From Antechinus flavipes (lineage: Eukaryota): a stretch of 64,000 bases of DNA. Positions within the stretch are counted from its first letter, which is position 1. Each line of letters opens with the position of its first letter. The notes beneath the pieces were generated by a model. That model made no database searches. It had not been told where the DNA came from and worked only from the letters and a program-made list of their open reading frames with translations. The position numbers and the translations under genes were made by a program. The DNA lies in assembly GCF_016432865.1 (NCBI RefSeq), contig NC_067398.1, forward strand, positions 706,800,001 through 706,864,000. The letters are read 5' to 3'. This document shows positions 12,331-25,995 of the stretch, piece after piece.

Positions 12331-13049
12331 TTTTAAAAGGAGTTGTACCCTTTAATTTGTAATTAACTAGAAAGATAGTTAATGCTTTCTTGTAATATCA
12401 AATAAAGTCAGTGTAACTTGGGGGGGAAACAGTATTTTACTGTAATTTAAAAAACAAACCAGGCCAAATACTTATTTCCTAATACCCTGCCATTACAAAG
12501 AAATACAATCAGCTCTACTATTTTTTTTTTTTGGTGAAAGTGATATATTAGGGACCTATTTTAACACAAATTGCTTATATTTGTGCATGATCTCATCAAA
12601 GAAATAAAAAAACATAAACACACCTACAACATTTACCAGCTACCTCTGTCTACCTTGTCTCTTGATCCACAAGGTTGGATAACTGACAAGTTACACAATC
12701 CTCCCCACAGTCATATCTTGCAAGATATGTGCTTATATATATTGAACATATTATCCGTATATAGAAGTATCCATGTCTATATTTATATCGGATTAGCAAA
12801 TATACATTTATTTATATTTAGTAAACATGTATGTTTATAAAGTGTGTGCTTACATATGTATGCTGTTTACATACATGTTGCAAATGTGTTTATACATCAC
12901 ATGTGTAACAGTAAGGCAACTTATAATATGTAACGCACATGTGTAACATATATAACCACACCTCAACAAATTTATGTGTTATATGTCTAAATATGTATGT
13001 TGGCTGGTTTTATTTGGCATGTGAAGTCCTTTGCAAACTAATTCTAGGT

Positions 13050-13330
13050 TATCCTTCCAGACTAATTTAATAGAATTTTCTCCCATCCCTTCCCCTTCCT
13101 TATCCTACCCGCTATCACACGGGGCACTCCGTGCTTCAGCCAAACTCCTTCTATTTTTCATCAAGGCTTTGCACAGGCAGATGTCAAGCTCTCCTTCCCC
13201 ACCTCTCAGTGTATCTTCAGGGCTCTGTTCAAGTGTCAGCTCCAAAGTCAAGCTTTTTCCTGGCCCCCAATTAATCTGTGCTTACTTCTTAGCTTTGTAT
13301 TTACTTAGATGGATATGCAGGATAGGCTGT
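13050..13330 (+). mobile_element. L2 3' fragment
   Basis: ctccgtgcttcagccaaact...ctctcagtgtatc...ctccaaagtcaagc, L2-type; another L2 piece at ~14370-14770. Confidence 0.55.
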
Positions 13331-15184
13331 TAAATAACAAACGCTTCGTTCAGAAAAATGTCCTTAAGACATACTTTTTCTTTTTTTTCTTTTCTCTTCC
13401 TCCCTTCTTTCTTTCTTTTCCTTTCCCTCCCTCCTTCTCCTTCCTTCCTTCCTTTCTCTTGGAGGTAGAACTAATTTGTCACTTCCCTACCTCACCCCAC
13501 TCCACCTTCCACTACGGTAGAGCTTCACCCCTGGGACACAGGCTGACCAGCCACCCAATAACTCATCTGCCATGCCTCAATTTCATACCTACTTTCCAAT
13601 CCTCTAGAGTAGTGATATTAAACTCAAATACAAACAGGGCAGCTAAATCATACATGAAGATCCCTGCAGGAACATAATGATTTAGAAAACCACATATTAG
13701 CATTATCTGTGTTCAAATGCATTTTAATTTTGTTAAATACTTCTCAGTTTTATTTCAATTAACTTAGGTTGAACTTAAAATCCTGAGTGCGCTGGGCCAT
13801 AGTACTATGTGTTGGCCACACTCTGGCTCTGGAGCAAAGGTCTCTGCCCAAGCAGTGTGATTTCAGAATGGCATATATGCCCATCTTCAATAGCCTTCAA
13901 TAGCTAATTATGAGGCTAGTCTTTAACACAATTACACATGTTCTTCACTAATTACAGCCTCACCCTTTCCCTACTCTCTCTAGCCCATTGCTGTGCCCTA
14001 ACTTTCCCCCTTTTGTGGTGTGCAGAATCCTTACAACTTAATCCTGACCAGACACCCAAACCAGCCGCTACAAGTGCCATCGGGAAAATGATTCCCTTCT
14101 CCAAACATACCTTAATCCCCTGCTCTCCAGATCACCTGAGACTGCAATAAATGCTCTTTAAAGAAATGGTTCAGTTCTCTAGAACAGTGACAAGTAAGAG
14201 TACCACTCTTAATTTCACATTTAACATGTAATATTAATTAACTTCATATGTAACAATAAAAATAATAATTTCATATGTAACAAAATAAACTACATAGAGT
14301 GGGCAGCATGGATACACTATAATATATCATGGATTTAATTACTTTATCTTCTCTTTGTCTCTCTTTTTCAGAATTTCCCTATTTATTAAGGGTATCATCC
14401 TTTCAGTCAACCCAGTTCCCAACACTGATGTTATCCTCACACTTTTCAACACCACCTCCCCTCCTCTTTCCTCATCCACACACATGCAGTACAGACAATC
14501 TCTGTTGCTCCTGTCCAGCCCTCTCTGCTCACACAGCTAACCCTCCTTAGTTCAGCATCTCACAGCAGGTGACAATTGCTACATGGCCTCTCACATGGCC
14601 AAGTGATTTTCTGAAAGAACAGATCTGACACATTCCCCTCTTCTCCCTATTCAAACTCCCTTTTCACCCTACTTTCAGGAGAAAATCTACACTCTACTAT
14701 TGGCATTTAAAGACCTTCAAAATCTAGCAAGAATCTACCTTTCTAGTCTTCTAATATATTATTATCCTCCAGCCAGAGTCATTCAAAAACATGACTAATA
14801 TTTTCAAACATTTATAGGAAATTAAGGTACAAGATCATCTATTAAAGCAGAGCCCCACATACAAAAAGGAATGAATTTATAGTGGGAACATTCTTCTGGG
14901 GTAAAATCAGACAGTTCACTTTTGCTTCTCTTTTGTTCATTATGTATGGTGAATAGCTACACACTGAGAAACATGACTCCAGCTGAAGGGCTATTATGTT
15001 CAATGACTGTTTTGACCTACTTTTTGATTGTTGTGTATTTTGCAATTTTTAAATCTTATTTTCAAAATAAAAGGAGAAATTTCCTTTGTTTAGCTAGCCA
15101 TGATGATCAAAATAACTGATTATTTGCTAATAATTATATTAATTTTAACAAAATCAGCAATTTTCTAATAATAGGTGGTAGAAT

Positions 15185-15385
15185 GACTCAGAGTCAGGAA
15201 GACCTGAATTCAAATCTTATCTCAGATCCCTTACTTGCCTCTGCAAATCCCTGCCAAGTCCCTTCTATTTAACTCAGTTTACTCAACTGTAAAATGAATT
15301 GGAGAAGGAAATAGAAAACTACTCCAGTATCTTTCCCAAGAACAGTCCAAAATTGGATCATGAAATCAGGCCATGACTGAACATC
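15185..15385 (+). mobile_element. Mar1-type CORE-SINE (BovB-related tail)
   Basis: gagtcaggaagacctgaattcaaatc...aactgtaaaatgaattggagaaggaaatagaaaactactccagtatctttcccaag...atgactgaac. Confidence 0.75.
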
Positions 15386-16639
15386 TGTAATATACACATG
15401 TAGGTATGTATGTATGGTCTCCACAATAACTTTGCATATTGCTGTCACTCCATTTTTATGTCTCTGTGATCAGGATATAAATTATCTATCTTGGTTTTGC
15501 ATTCATTCAATCATTCATATTTATGCATGTCAGTAGTAACAAGAGTAAAGGGCACATAATATTACACAGAAAGTAAAGGGCATATAAATTGACATAAAGT
15601 TTAGTGATTTTTTGGTATGATTCCAAATCTGTTCTCAAGAAAAATTTGGCCAATACATAATTCTACCAACAGTGTGTCAGTCTTTCCAATGCTTTTTATC
15701 TTTTGCTACCTCTGACAATCTAATGAGGGTGAGATCAAGCCTCAGAGCTCTTAAAATTTGCATTTCTCTTCTTACTGGTGATTTGGAGTGTTTTTCTTGT
15801 TTGCTAACAATTTATATTTTCTTTTGAAAACTGCCTATTTAAAGAAACAGAAATTAACTGGGAAAGGTTGGAAAGACTAAGGGGTATGATTGTGGTGCAA
15901 CATCAAGTGCCATTAAAAAAAAATAATGAAAGGTTCAGTCTTCAGAGAAATCTGGGGAGATTTGCATGGCCTAATGCAGAGACAAGTGAACAAAACCAAG
16001 GAAAACACTTTATACAATTTCAAAAATCTTAGGAACTCTGAATAATGAAATGACCAACCATGATCCCACAGTGATGATGAGTGATGAACTTAAGTTGCAG
16101 GAAGAGATAGACATTTTCTCATATGGCTAACATTGTCTTTTCCTTTTTTATTGAATTTTTTATTGAAGGGTGGAACTGGGAGAGGAAAGCAAGGGATATA
16201 CTTGACCCCACCAAAAAGAAAAAAAAACAAAAAACAACAACAAAAAATTGAAGAATTTTTTGAAAAATGAACAGAAGCGTTCTAGAAGGCCAAAAGAAAA
16301 TAAAGGAAAGCAGAAAAGCTTTGAAAAAAATGTCACTCTCGGGTCCAGAAGAAAACCATGAAAAACAGGAAAGGTAATACAAACAGAAAAAGTGGTTAAG
16401 TGTTACAATTAAAAAAAAACAAAGAAAGAAAAAAAAGTCTGCAAACTACCGAATAGTTTAGTTATGGGAAAATTCTACAGCAGATCATGAAAGAGATAGT
16501 TGGTGAGGATCTATAGTTAAGGAAAACAATGATTATAAGGATCTAGCATCATTTCATCAAAAATAAAACACACCACACAAATATAATTTTCTTTTTTGGC
16601 AAGATTATTAAATTAGCAGATGAGGGGAATGCTGTAGAT

Positions 16640-19600
16640 ATGATTTATCTAAACATTGGCTAGCCTTCAGATTTTTATTTTCTTTTGAATTAATTTTTTC
16701 CAAATGGAAATTTTCCTCTTCCTCCTCTGTCTCCTCCCCTGCCAACTGAAAATTAACAAAACAAAACAACCCCCCCTCCCCAAAAAAAAAAAAACACACA
16801 CACCACCAAATCTATTACAAACATGCCCAGCAAAACTAAGTCTCACAATGGCCATATCCAAAAGGTGTGTCTCCATCAGAAAATGGATAAGTAAACATTT
16901 CATCAGGAGTTATCTGGAATTGTGGTTGGTTATTTTCAAAGCTATTTGTCTTTGCAAAACTGTTATTGTATAATTGTTTTCCTAGTTCTTCTCACTTCAT
17001 CTTGCATCAGTTCAAGTTCTCCCAAATTTCTCTGAAATCAATTCTTTCACTTAGCCATTCTCCAGTTGATGAGCATTGCCACTATTTCCAGTTCTTGGCC
17101 ACCATAAAAAAAGGGCTGCTATAAATAAATGTTTTTGTACATTTAGATCCTTTCCTCCTTTGTCTCTATGGAGTGGTAATGAGCTCTGGATCTAAGGGTT
17201 TATATAGTTTAATAGCTTTTTGGGAATAATTCCAAACTGCTTTTCAGAATGGCAAAGCGGACCAGTTAACCACTCTATTAATAGTGTATTATTAATGTAT
17301 CTATCTTTTTCAATACCCCTCCATCAGACATTTTCTCTTTTTTGTCAACTATGCTGATCTGAGGAGTATGAGGTAAAATATAAAATGAGGTAAAGCTGTT
17401 TTAATTTGCATTTTCCTAATTATTAGTGATTTTAAATCACAAATCAAATTGTAGTATGGCGTAAGATTTAGTGAAATCCTTTAAAATTGCCTGGTCATAT
17501 CCTTTGACCATTTATTAATTAGGAAATGGCTCTTTCTTCCCAACTTTGGTTTAACTAACCTATATATCTTTATAAATCAAACTTTTATTAAAGGAACTTG
17601 CTGCAAAGACTCCCCTACCCGCCCTACTTCCACTTGCCCGCTTCTTTTCTAACTTTAGATATAATTGTTTTGGTTATTTAAATTAATCAAAAACTGCCCA
17701 TTTTGTCTTCTGTGTTCCCCTATATCTCATAGTTGGATCATTAACTTTTCACACAGATCTGATAGGTATTGTCTTCCAAGCCCCTCTCATATGTTTATGA
17801 TATCACTATTTCTAAGTCATGCACCCATTTAAATTGTACCTTGGTGTTGTAAGATGTTCACCTGTATTTAGTTTCTACCAGACTGCCTTCCAATTCTCTT
17901 AACAGCTGTTGTCAAATAATGAATTCTTGATCTAAGTCTTGAGTCTCTGGGTTTATGAAATTCTAGGCTACTATGCTTGTTTGCTTCTGTATATTGTATA
18001 TCTAATCTGTTCCACTGATCAACTTCTCTTTTTCTTACCTAGTAGTACCATCTTATTCACCAATTATGGCTTTATTAGTATGGTGTGAGATCTAGTACTT
18101 CTAGGCCCTCCTTCCTTCCTACCTTTTTCATAATTGAGAGTTTTGGTCTTTTATTCCTTCAGATGGATTTTATTACCAGTTTCTCTAGTTCTATAAAGAA
18201 ATCCTTTGATAGTTTTCACTGGTATGGTACTGAAGTAAATTAATTTAAACAGTCTTGTAAAATATTATTAAATTGGCTTGTTCCACTCATGAGGAATTAA
18301 TATTTCTCCATTATTTAGTTCTTTTTATTTTTGTAAAGATGTTTTATAATTGTATTCTTATAGTTCCTGTCTGTATTGTGACAAGTAGATTCCCTTGGAT
18401 TTTATATTTCCTGTAGTTTAAAATATGTTAAGTGGCATTTTTCACATTCTTTCTGCTAGATTGTTAGTAATGTATACAGAAATGATTTTATATATTGCAA
18501 CTTTACAGAAGTTAATTATTTCATTTAGCTTATTAGTTAACTGTTTTGGATTAATTAGGTTAAGTAAACTATATTATCTGAAAACTTAATTTTCTTTTTT
18601 GCCTATACTTATTCTTTATCTTGCTTATTGTCATAACTAGCACTTCTATCTCTATCCTGAATAATAATGACATTCTTATTTACCCTTGATCTTATTGAAA
18701 AGTCCTCTAAATTTATCTCTCATACAGACAATACTGCCTTTTGGTTTTAGATAGATAAAACATATTAAAGAAAGAGGCATCTATTTAGTTATGCTTTTCT
18801 TGTCCATTTAATCAATATGTAATCAGGCAAAACAATTCCCGATGGTTTCTCTTTTCCCTCAATGTGAATTCACCTTTTTTACTTTTGATACAATTTAGAT
18901 TTCTTCTTAAAAAAAAAATCAGATATGCTAATTGTGTATTTTTTTCTTTAAGGAAAAAAAGTATAGCTTTACCAATTCAGTGTCTTTTTCTTTTTTTTTT
19001 CCAATTGACACAATTTTGTCAATTTCTTTTTTGATTTTCAGCATTTCTAATCTAACTTGGTGCATAGCTTTTTTGATTTGTTAACTTTTTTGGGGGGAGG
19101 GAGGTTGCATGCCCAATTAATTCACTTTTTAAAAAAGTTTTCTAAATTTTAAAATTTCTTTTGTGTTTATTTTTTATCAAGATTTATCTAGACCTAATTG
19201 TGGTGATACATATAAGAGAATGTTTAACATATTGAATTACTTGCTGTCTAAGGAAGGGTGGTCAGAAGAAGAGAAGTAGAAAAAATTTGGAACACAAGGT
19301 TTTACAGGGGTGAATGTTGAAAACTATCTATGCATATTTCAAAATAAGATTTATCTAGACCTGAGAGGACTAATCACTCCTTGTGAAAAAATATTTGTAA
19401 AGTGTTCAATATGTTGCCTGGCACATAGGACTAAATATTAAAAATGCTTGGTCTATATCTTTCCCCCAACTGTTTTAATTTTACTATTTCTTCCTGTAAT
19501 TTATTTTAATTTTTTCTTTATTTAGATGTTATGCCATGTGGTACCTGTTTAGTATTGATATTAATTCACTGTCTCTGATACTTTTCAGCAAAATGTAGTT

Positions 19601-19760
19601 TCCCTGTTTATCTCTTTTAATTAAGTCTATTTTCACTCTTGCTTTATCTGAGACCATGATTGCTACTGCAGCCATTTCTACTTCAGCTGATGCATAAAAG
19701 ATTTTGCTCTGGCTTCTTTTTTTAACTCTGGACATCTTTCTGTTTCATGTGTGCTTCTTT
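16640..19760 (-). mobile_element. Old, internally deleted L1 spanning 3'UTR to ORF2 endonuclease (minus strand)
   Basis: ORF 19529-19735 (VAIMVSDKARVKIDLIKRDKQGNYILLK) is L1 endonuclease; L1 3'UTR at ~16640-17000. Confidence 0.8.
19196..19345 (+). mobile_element. 150-bp L1 3' end with perfect 17-bp TSD, inserted into the minus-strand L1
   Basis: TSD aagatttatctagacct at 19179-19195 and 19346-19362. Confidence 0.88.
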
Positions 19761-19839
19761 TAAACAACATATTGGAATTCTAATTCATACTGCTATCCTA
19801 TTTTACTTAGCAAAGCTTTTCTTAGAGCAACTCAAATTG

Positions 19840-19841
<2 letters not shown>

Positions 19842-19876
<35 letters not shown>

Positions 19877-19888
19877 TGATGATGATGA
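19842..19888 (+). repeat. (TG)17 followed by (ATG)4
   Basis: Seen directly. Confidence 0.95.
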
Positions 19889-20167
19889 AAAGATATGGAT
19901 TATACAATGATACAATCAGATGTATTTAGAATTGAATTAAAAGAACTGCTATTGAGGGTTTAATGTTAATGTGCTAGAGGTCTCTAGTATAGTACCCTAG
20001 GGGATCTATGCTTGGCCCTGTGCTGCCTAACATCTTTTTCAGTGAGGTACATAAAAGTAAAGTTGGTATGTTTGTCAAATTTGCATAGACACAAAGATGG
20101 GAGGGATAGCCAACACACTGGAAAGCTTACAGAATCAAGATCCAAAAGAGTCTTGGACAGCGAAGAG

Positions 20168-20355
20168 CAGCGTTTGGCAAACTATGGCCTGGCAGATAAA
20201 ATTCAACCCAGCACATGTTTTTGTATGGCAGAGCCATAAAATGAAAATGGTTTTTATGTGTGTAAATTAAGTTTTAGTGTATTTTTAAAATGTAAAAAAC
20301 ATTCTTATCTTGAATGCTGTACAAAAACAAGTGACTAGTAGTTTGCTGATCCCTG
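20168..20355. mobile_element. hAT-Charlie MITE (MER58-like)
   Basis: TIRs cagcgtttggcaaact / agtttgctgatccctg (12/16); flanks gcgaagag / gtctagag. Confidence 0.75.
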
Positions 20356-20363
20356 GTCTAGAG

Positions 20364-20537
20364 CAGTGGTTCTCAAACTTTTGTTGTTAGTAACTTTGGA
20401 TAAATAAAGAGTTTGGGTTTATGTAGATTATAGATATTTACCATATTAGAAATAAAAATGAATTTTGAATATATAGATCCTCTGAAAGGGTTTCAGAAAC
20501 CCTAAGGATTCATTGGATCATACTTTGCGAACCATTG
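20364..20537. mobile_element. Second hAT-Charlie MITE with perfect 8-bp TSD
   Basis: TIRs cagtggttctcaaact / actttgcgaaccattg (13/16); TSD gtctagag at 20356-20363 and 20538-20545, matching the NTCTAGAN preference of Charlie elements. Confidence 0.85.
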
Positions 20538-21899
20538 GTCTAGAGCACTGAGCTAAATCTCATAAGATGAAATTCAATATGAATTAAATGTAATACACTG
20601 CATGTGGGTACAAAAAAGGAACTTCACAAGTATAAAATAGAAGCCATATCAGAGAACAAATATTCTGAAAAGGATCTGGGGGTTTTAGAGGACTGAAAGC
20701 TCAAGATGAGTCAGCAGTGTTGTGTAGTGAAAAAAGCTAATGCAATCTTAGGGTAAATTAAGAGTTTAGTTTTCAGGGACAGAAAGGTGTAATAGTTTTA
20801 GTTCCACTGTATTTCCTTCAAGATGAAAAACAATTTGCAAATGATTCCTGAATTACAAAAATCAAGAGTTGGAAGTTATCTCAGTGCTCAAACCTAATCT
20901 GGATCTGATTTAAAACACCCTCTCTTAAAACATCTCCATCAAGTAATTGACAAGGCTTTACTCAATCTCAGATCAACTTTCCTCTACTATAAAATGGAGA
21001 TCTATCTCAAAGGATAATAGGAGAATTAATATGATGTGCTTTGTTGTTTAAAAAGGATCAGCTATCAATGCTATGATAATTTCAAGCAAATTGCTTCATG
21101 AATAACAGCAACTGACACATGCCTAAGTCTTTTAAGAATTATGAAGCACCTCACTTAACAAAATCCTGAGGCAGATGTCACAAGTGCTATCTTTATTTTA
21201 CAGAATAAATGGATCAATGAAAAAGCAAATATTAACACTTACTATGTGTCAAGCACCTATTGACATGTGTTGAGCTTAAAAACAGAAAAATAAAGAAAGA
21301 ACCCTAAAAGGAAGTTTAGCAGCAAGGTAAACAGTCTTGAAGGTTTAAAGGAGCAACAGTAGGAAGTATAGGAAAAGGGTGGCAAAGTGCAAGGATCCTT
21401 TAGTTTTATCAGCAGGTCAGGTGACAGAGCTGCAGGGACTGCAGAAGACCCGCCCAAGCTCAAGTATCTCAGAAATCAAGTTTCACTCTCTTTCCACCAC
21501 TCTATGCTGCCCCTCTGAATGTAGAATCAAGTAAAAAAGCTTTCTGAACAATGTTTTCTCTTAAGTTTTTTTTTTTAATTGTGACCAAAAACTATATGCA
21601 TTAAAAAGGTATCCAGACTGCATGAACATTTATTTCATTCAACTAGCATTTATTGAATATATATTAGATGATATTGGGTCACAAAACTAAGTAAGAATTT
21701 CATTTAAAAAGCTTATATTAGATAAATTATTGTGATACTATATATAAAGAGAGAAAAGTGTCATAAAAAAGATACAAAATACTGAGAGTATTAGCAAAGG
21801 TCCAGATTTAGAAATAACTAAATACAACTTATTTATAATTGGTCAGGCAAACAATTTACATAAATAGCTAGTATTGCATTCACACAAAATTTTTGTCAA

Positions 21900-22900
21900 T
21901 ATTCTCAGTATTTTATAAGTTCAATCTTTCTCAATTCGAAAACAAACATTACTAAGCATATGAAACATTTAGATATAAAGACAAAAATAAAAAGTCCCTG
22001 ACTTTAAGGGCAAAGATTTTTATATTTTAACCAAGAACTAACAGGCAATCACTACAGATTTTTCAGTAGTGCAGTGAGATGTCAAGATTCTATGTTTTAG
22101 GAGTATCAATTTGGTAGCTGCCTGGTGAATGTGTTGACAAAGGAGACTGGAAACAAGGAGATCAAGTAGAAGGCTGCAGAAACTATCTACAAGAAAGGTG
22201 AAAAGGTCCTACACTAAAAGGCTAGATAAGCAGAGAGAAGAAAGATAAGGGATGTGGAGGATCAACAAGACTTAGCAACTGATTAAATCCTGGGGGTAAG
22301 GGAAAGGAGAGGCAACAGGCTGCAAACTTGGGTCACTGGGAGAATGGTAGTTTTCTCAACAGGAAAAAAATTGGAATTAAAGGACAAATTTTGGGTGGAA
22401 AACGAGTTCCGTTTTGGATGTGTTAAATGTGATGTGTCTACAGGCCAATCTAAATGGTGATGTCCAGCAGGCAACCAGTAGTGCAGGACTAAACTTCAGG
22501 CAAGAAATAAAGGCTGGATCAAGAGACTATGACACATTGCATTAAAATGATAATAGAACACATTGGAGAATATAGAGAATTTCAAAGAAGGCTTAGAACA
22601 GGGATGACCACTATAAGGAGAATGAAAATCCAGCAGAACAGACTGAGAAGTAACTAGATAGGTAGGGAAAAAAGATCACAGAATCCTAAGGTATATAAGT
22701 AGAGATGACAGTTGACAATGTCAAAAGATGAAGAATAGTTGAATGGAAGTATTTCTTAAGCACGAAGAAGACTGAGCAGGAAGGAATAAAGAGAGACAAA
22801 AGAGAGGAAATAATTTTAAGGAAGATGGGTTTAAGATAAGGAATTGGCTTTATCAAAGAGGTTATCATTTTAGTGAGAGATTGGAGCAGAAGATAAGACA
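21900..22900 (-). mobile_element. L2 fragment
   Basis: Purine-rich reverse-complement L2 body (gagttccgttttggatgtgttaaatgtgatgtgtctacaggccaatctaaatggtgatgtccagcaggca). Confidence 0.7.
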
Positions 22901-22935
22901 ATTGGCAATTGTTTTAAAAAAAAAAAAAAGAGTTG

Positions 22936-23862
22936 CTCTCTGAGATACCCACTATACACTTGTCAGATTGGCTAGAATGACAGGGAAAGATAATTCGGAA
23001 TATTGGAGGGGATGTGGGAAAACTGACACTGATACATTGTTGGTGGAATTGTGAACAAATGTAGCCATTCTGGAGGACAATTTGGAACTATGCTCAAAAA
23101 GTTATCAAACTGTGCATCCCCTTTGATCCAGCAGTGTTACTACTGGGCTTATATCCCAAAAAGATCTTAAAAGAGGGACCCACATGTGCAAAAATGTTTG
23201 TGGCAGGTCTCTTTGTAGTGGCCAGAAACTGGAAACTCAATAGATGCCCATCAGTTGGAGAAAGGCTGAATAAATTGTGGTATATGAATATTATCTGATA
23301 TTATTGTTCTGCAAGAAATGACCAACAGGATGACTTCAGAAAGGCCTGAAGAGAGTTACATGAACTGATGCTGAGGGAAATGAGCAGGACCAGGAGATCA
23401 TTATATACTTCAACAACAATACTAGATGATGATCAATTCTGATGGTTGTGGCCCTCTTCAACAATGAGATGAACCAAATCAGTTCTAATAAAGCAGTAAT
23501 GAACTGAACCAGCTACGCCCAGCGAAAGAACTTGGGGAGATGACTACGAACCACTACATAGAATTCCCAATCTCTCTATTTTTGTCTGCCTGCATTTTTA
23601 ATTTCCTTCACAGGCAAATTGTATACTATTTCAAAGTCTGATTCTTTTTGTATAATAAAATAACTGTTTGGACATGTATATATACATTGTATTTAACATA
23701 TACTTTAACATTTAACATGTATTGGTCAACCTGCCATCTGGGGGAGAAGGTAGGGGGAAGGAGGGGAAAAACTGGAACAAAAGGTTTTGCAATTGTCAGT
23801 TCTGAAATTACTCATGCATGTATCTTGTAAATAAAAGTTATAATAAAAAAAAAAAAAAAAGA
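22936..23862 (+). mobile_element. Young 5'-truncated L1 with poly-A tail
   Basis: ORF2 end and 3'UTR, AATAAA, A17 tail; TSD aaaaaaa(a/c)gagttg at ~22922-22935 and ~23862-23875. Confidence 0.9.
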
Positions 23863-24125
23863 AAAAAACGAGTTGTGCAGAACAAAGAGAAAGACGACTC
23901 ACAAGTACTTTTAATTTCTCAGGAAACTATGTAAGATTGTCTAAGAGGAAGTGGAAAGACTTGATATTGTGTTTAATGAGAAAAATAGTTTGGGATAGCC
24001 ACTGTGGAGCAAACAAGAGTGAATCAATCAAAGAAAAATAAAAGGGCTAACATGCAGCAGTGAGTAAAGGGTATGACTACTTCCTTGTGTGGCCAGTGGT
24101 GCAGGTCAACAGTGAGATCAGTATG

Positions 24126-24335
24126 TTTTGTTGTTCAGTCATGTCAGATTCTTTGTGGTCTTGTGGACCATATTGTCTGTGAGATTTTCTGGGCAAAGGT
24201 ACTCGGGTGGTTTGCATTTCCTTCTCCAGGGGGTTAAGACAAACTGAGTTAAGTGACTTGTTCAGGGCCATACAGCTGGTAAGCATTTCAGGATATATTT
24301 GAATCAGGTCTTCCCAACTCCAGATCTAGCTTTTC
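24126..24335 (-). mobile_element. Mar1-type SINE
   Basis: Tail ttgttgttcagtcatgtcagattctttgtg...ccttctccagg (BovB-type 3' end) plus CORE. Similar copies at ~47220-47425, ~52775-52990 and ~59845-60075, all minus strand. Confidence 0.8.
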
Positions 24336-25689
24336 TATTCTTTTTTCTCTCTGTCTCTTGGCTTGTCCTTGGAATGGCATATTCAAAAGGAGCTTGAGAT
24401 TTACTTATTCTAAAATGATAAAATAGATTAACATTATCCCTTTGTTTATTCCAAAGTGTAAAAATGGCATTAATACCAATATTCAAGAATTGTTCAAAAA
24501 CTATAATCTTGAAGAAACTCGCCATCTTATGAATGTACCTCATATGTAATGTGGCATATCCCAAATCCCCAAAGGGACTTGGGAGGCTATTTCATAGACT
24601 ATTGAGTGACCTTCCATAGTCTTTGGTTTAATATCATTAAATAACTAGGTTTGTTCCTCAGCATGCTTCATTTCTCTTCCCTGAATCCAGAAATGGCCCA
24701 TTACAGTATGGTGATGCAACGAATAATTAATCTGTCTAGCCCTGTCTATTCAATAACTTCAGTGATCCCTTATTAACTTCAGGATCAAATGTAGACTCCT
24801 TGGTTTGATTCTGAAAGCCCTTCCTAACTTTTTCTCTTCTGGCAGCTTTCCAGTCTTATACTTTCAGTACCGCACTGTTCCTTATATAAGATGGTATCTC
24901 TGAACTCAGGACCTTTTCTCTGGCTATTTTCCATGGCTGGACTGCCTTCTCCCTTCTCTTCCTCCTCCTCCTCCCAGCTTTCTTCAAGCCTTAGCTCATA
25001 CTCACTTTCTGCATAAATCCTTTCTGTTTCTCCTTCATGCTAAAAGCAGATATCTTCCCTCTGAGATGACCTGCAATTTATCTTGTCTTTTCGTTTTGTT
25101 TTGTTCATGTTGTCTCCCCTTTGAATCCATAGCATTTAGCACAGTGTCTGAGACACAGCAAGTCTTCAATAAATGTCTTAACATGCATAACAATGTATTA
25201 CAGTACATATTTGGATAATCACAGCTCCAGAAGGTTGGCCCTGGAATCAGAAGGGCTTGAGTTCTAATCCTGTCTTAGTCACTTACTAGCTGTGTAACCC
25301 TGGGCAAGTCAATTAACACTAATTTTGCCTCTTTCCCAAAAATAATAAAACTACATAGTACGGCACTTGATAACTAATATTCTGCATGGTTCTGTTTCAT
25401 TCATGGGAGTTCCATAGCTCTACAAATACTGCTAGCTCCCTATGGTTCCAAGGCCCTTTTTATGTCTTTTCATCCATAGTGTCTAGCACAGCAATGGACA
25501 CACAATTGTAGCTCTTTAAATAAGAGGTTTAAGCTGCCACTTTAGGTCATCAGTACCATGCTCCAGTCAATGAAGCTAACCAGCCACTAATAATACAAAT
25601 ACTATACAACTGCTGAAAGGAAAGCTCTGCTTAGACAAGTCTAAATGACTGCTTGCCCATCTACAGTCTTTTTTTTTTTTTCTGACTAG

Positions 25690-25995
25690 GTAAAAAAGGC
25701 CATTCTTTGCCTCAATTCTTACTTTGCTTCAAACATTGAATGGATGTTGCCTCTATTACACTGAGACTTGTTGAAGACCTCGTTTAAAAAGAGCCAAAGT
25801 CTCCCACTGCATCCAGCCACCTCCAGTCAATTTGGTCTCTATCTGGCCACTGGACCCAGATGGCTCTGGAGGAGAAAGTAAGGCTGATGACCTTCCATAG
25901 CCCTACCTCATTTAAGTCTAACACACCACTTGCATGCCATGGAATCACATGATGTCATGGTCGTCTTCAAGAACAAAGGACAAAGAGCAACAACA
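25690..25995 (+). mobile_element. Marsupial RTE-tailed non-autonomous repeat (RTE-SINE/MdoRep-like)
   Basis: Shared core ctggccactggacccagatggctctggaggagaa and RTE-type tail gatgtcatggtc..cttc..gaacaaaggacaa; further copies at ~47710-47985 and ~53770-54020. Confidence 0.7.

Larger units (their letters stand above)
19905..20815 (+). mobile_element. L3/CR1 reverse-transcriptase fragment, split by two hAT MITEs
   Basis: gtaccctaggggatctatgcttggccctgtgctgcctaacatc (VPQGSxLGPVLxNI), aaatttgcatagacacaaag (KFADDTK decayed), then aagatgaaattcaat...tgcatgtggg after the MITEs. Confidence 0.8.

Noticed and set aside
12830-12960. Alternating purine/pyrimidine AT-rich stretch with repeated acatgt, plus small tandem duplications (14241-14283, 33625-33645, 46981-47004)
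   Set aside because: Ordinary low-complexity or slippage products with no further structure.
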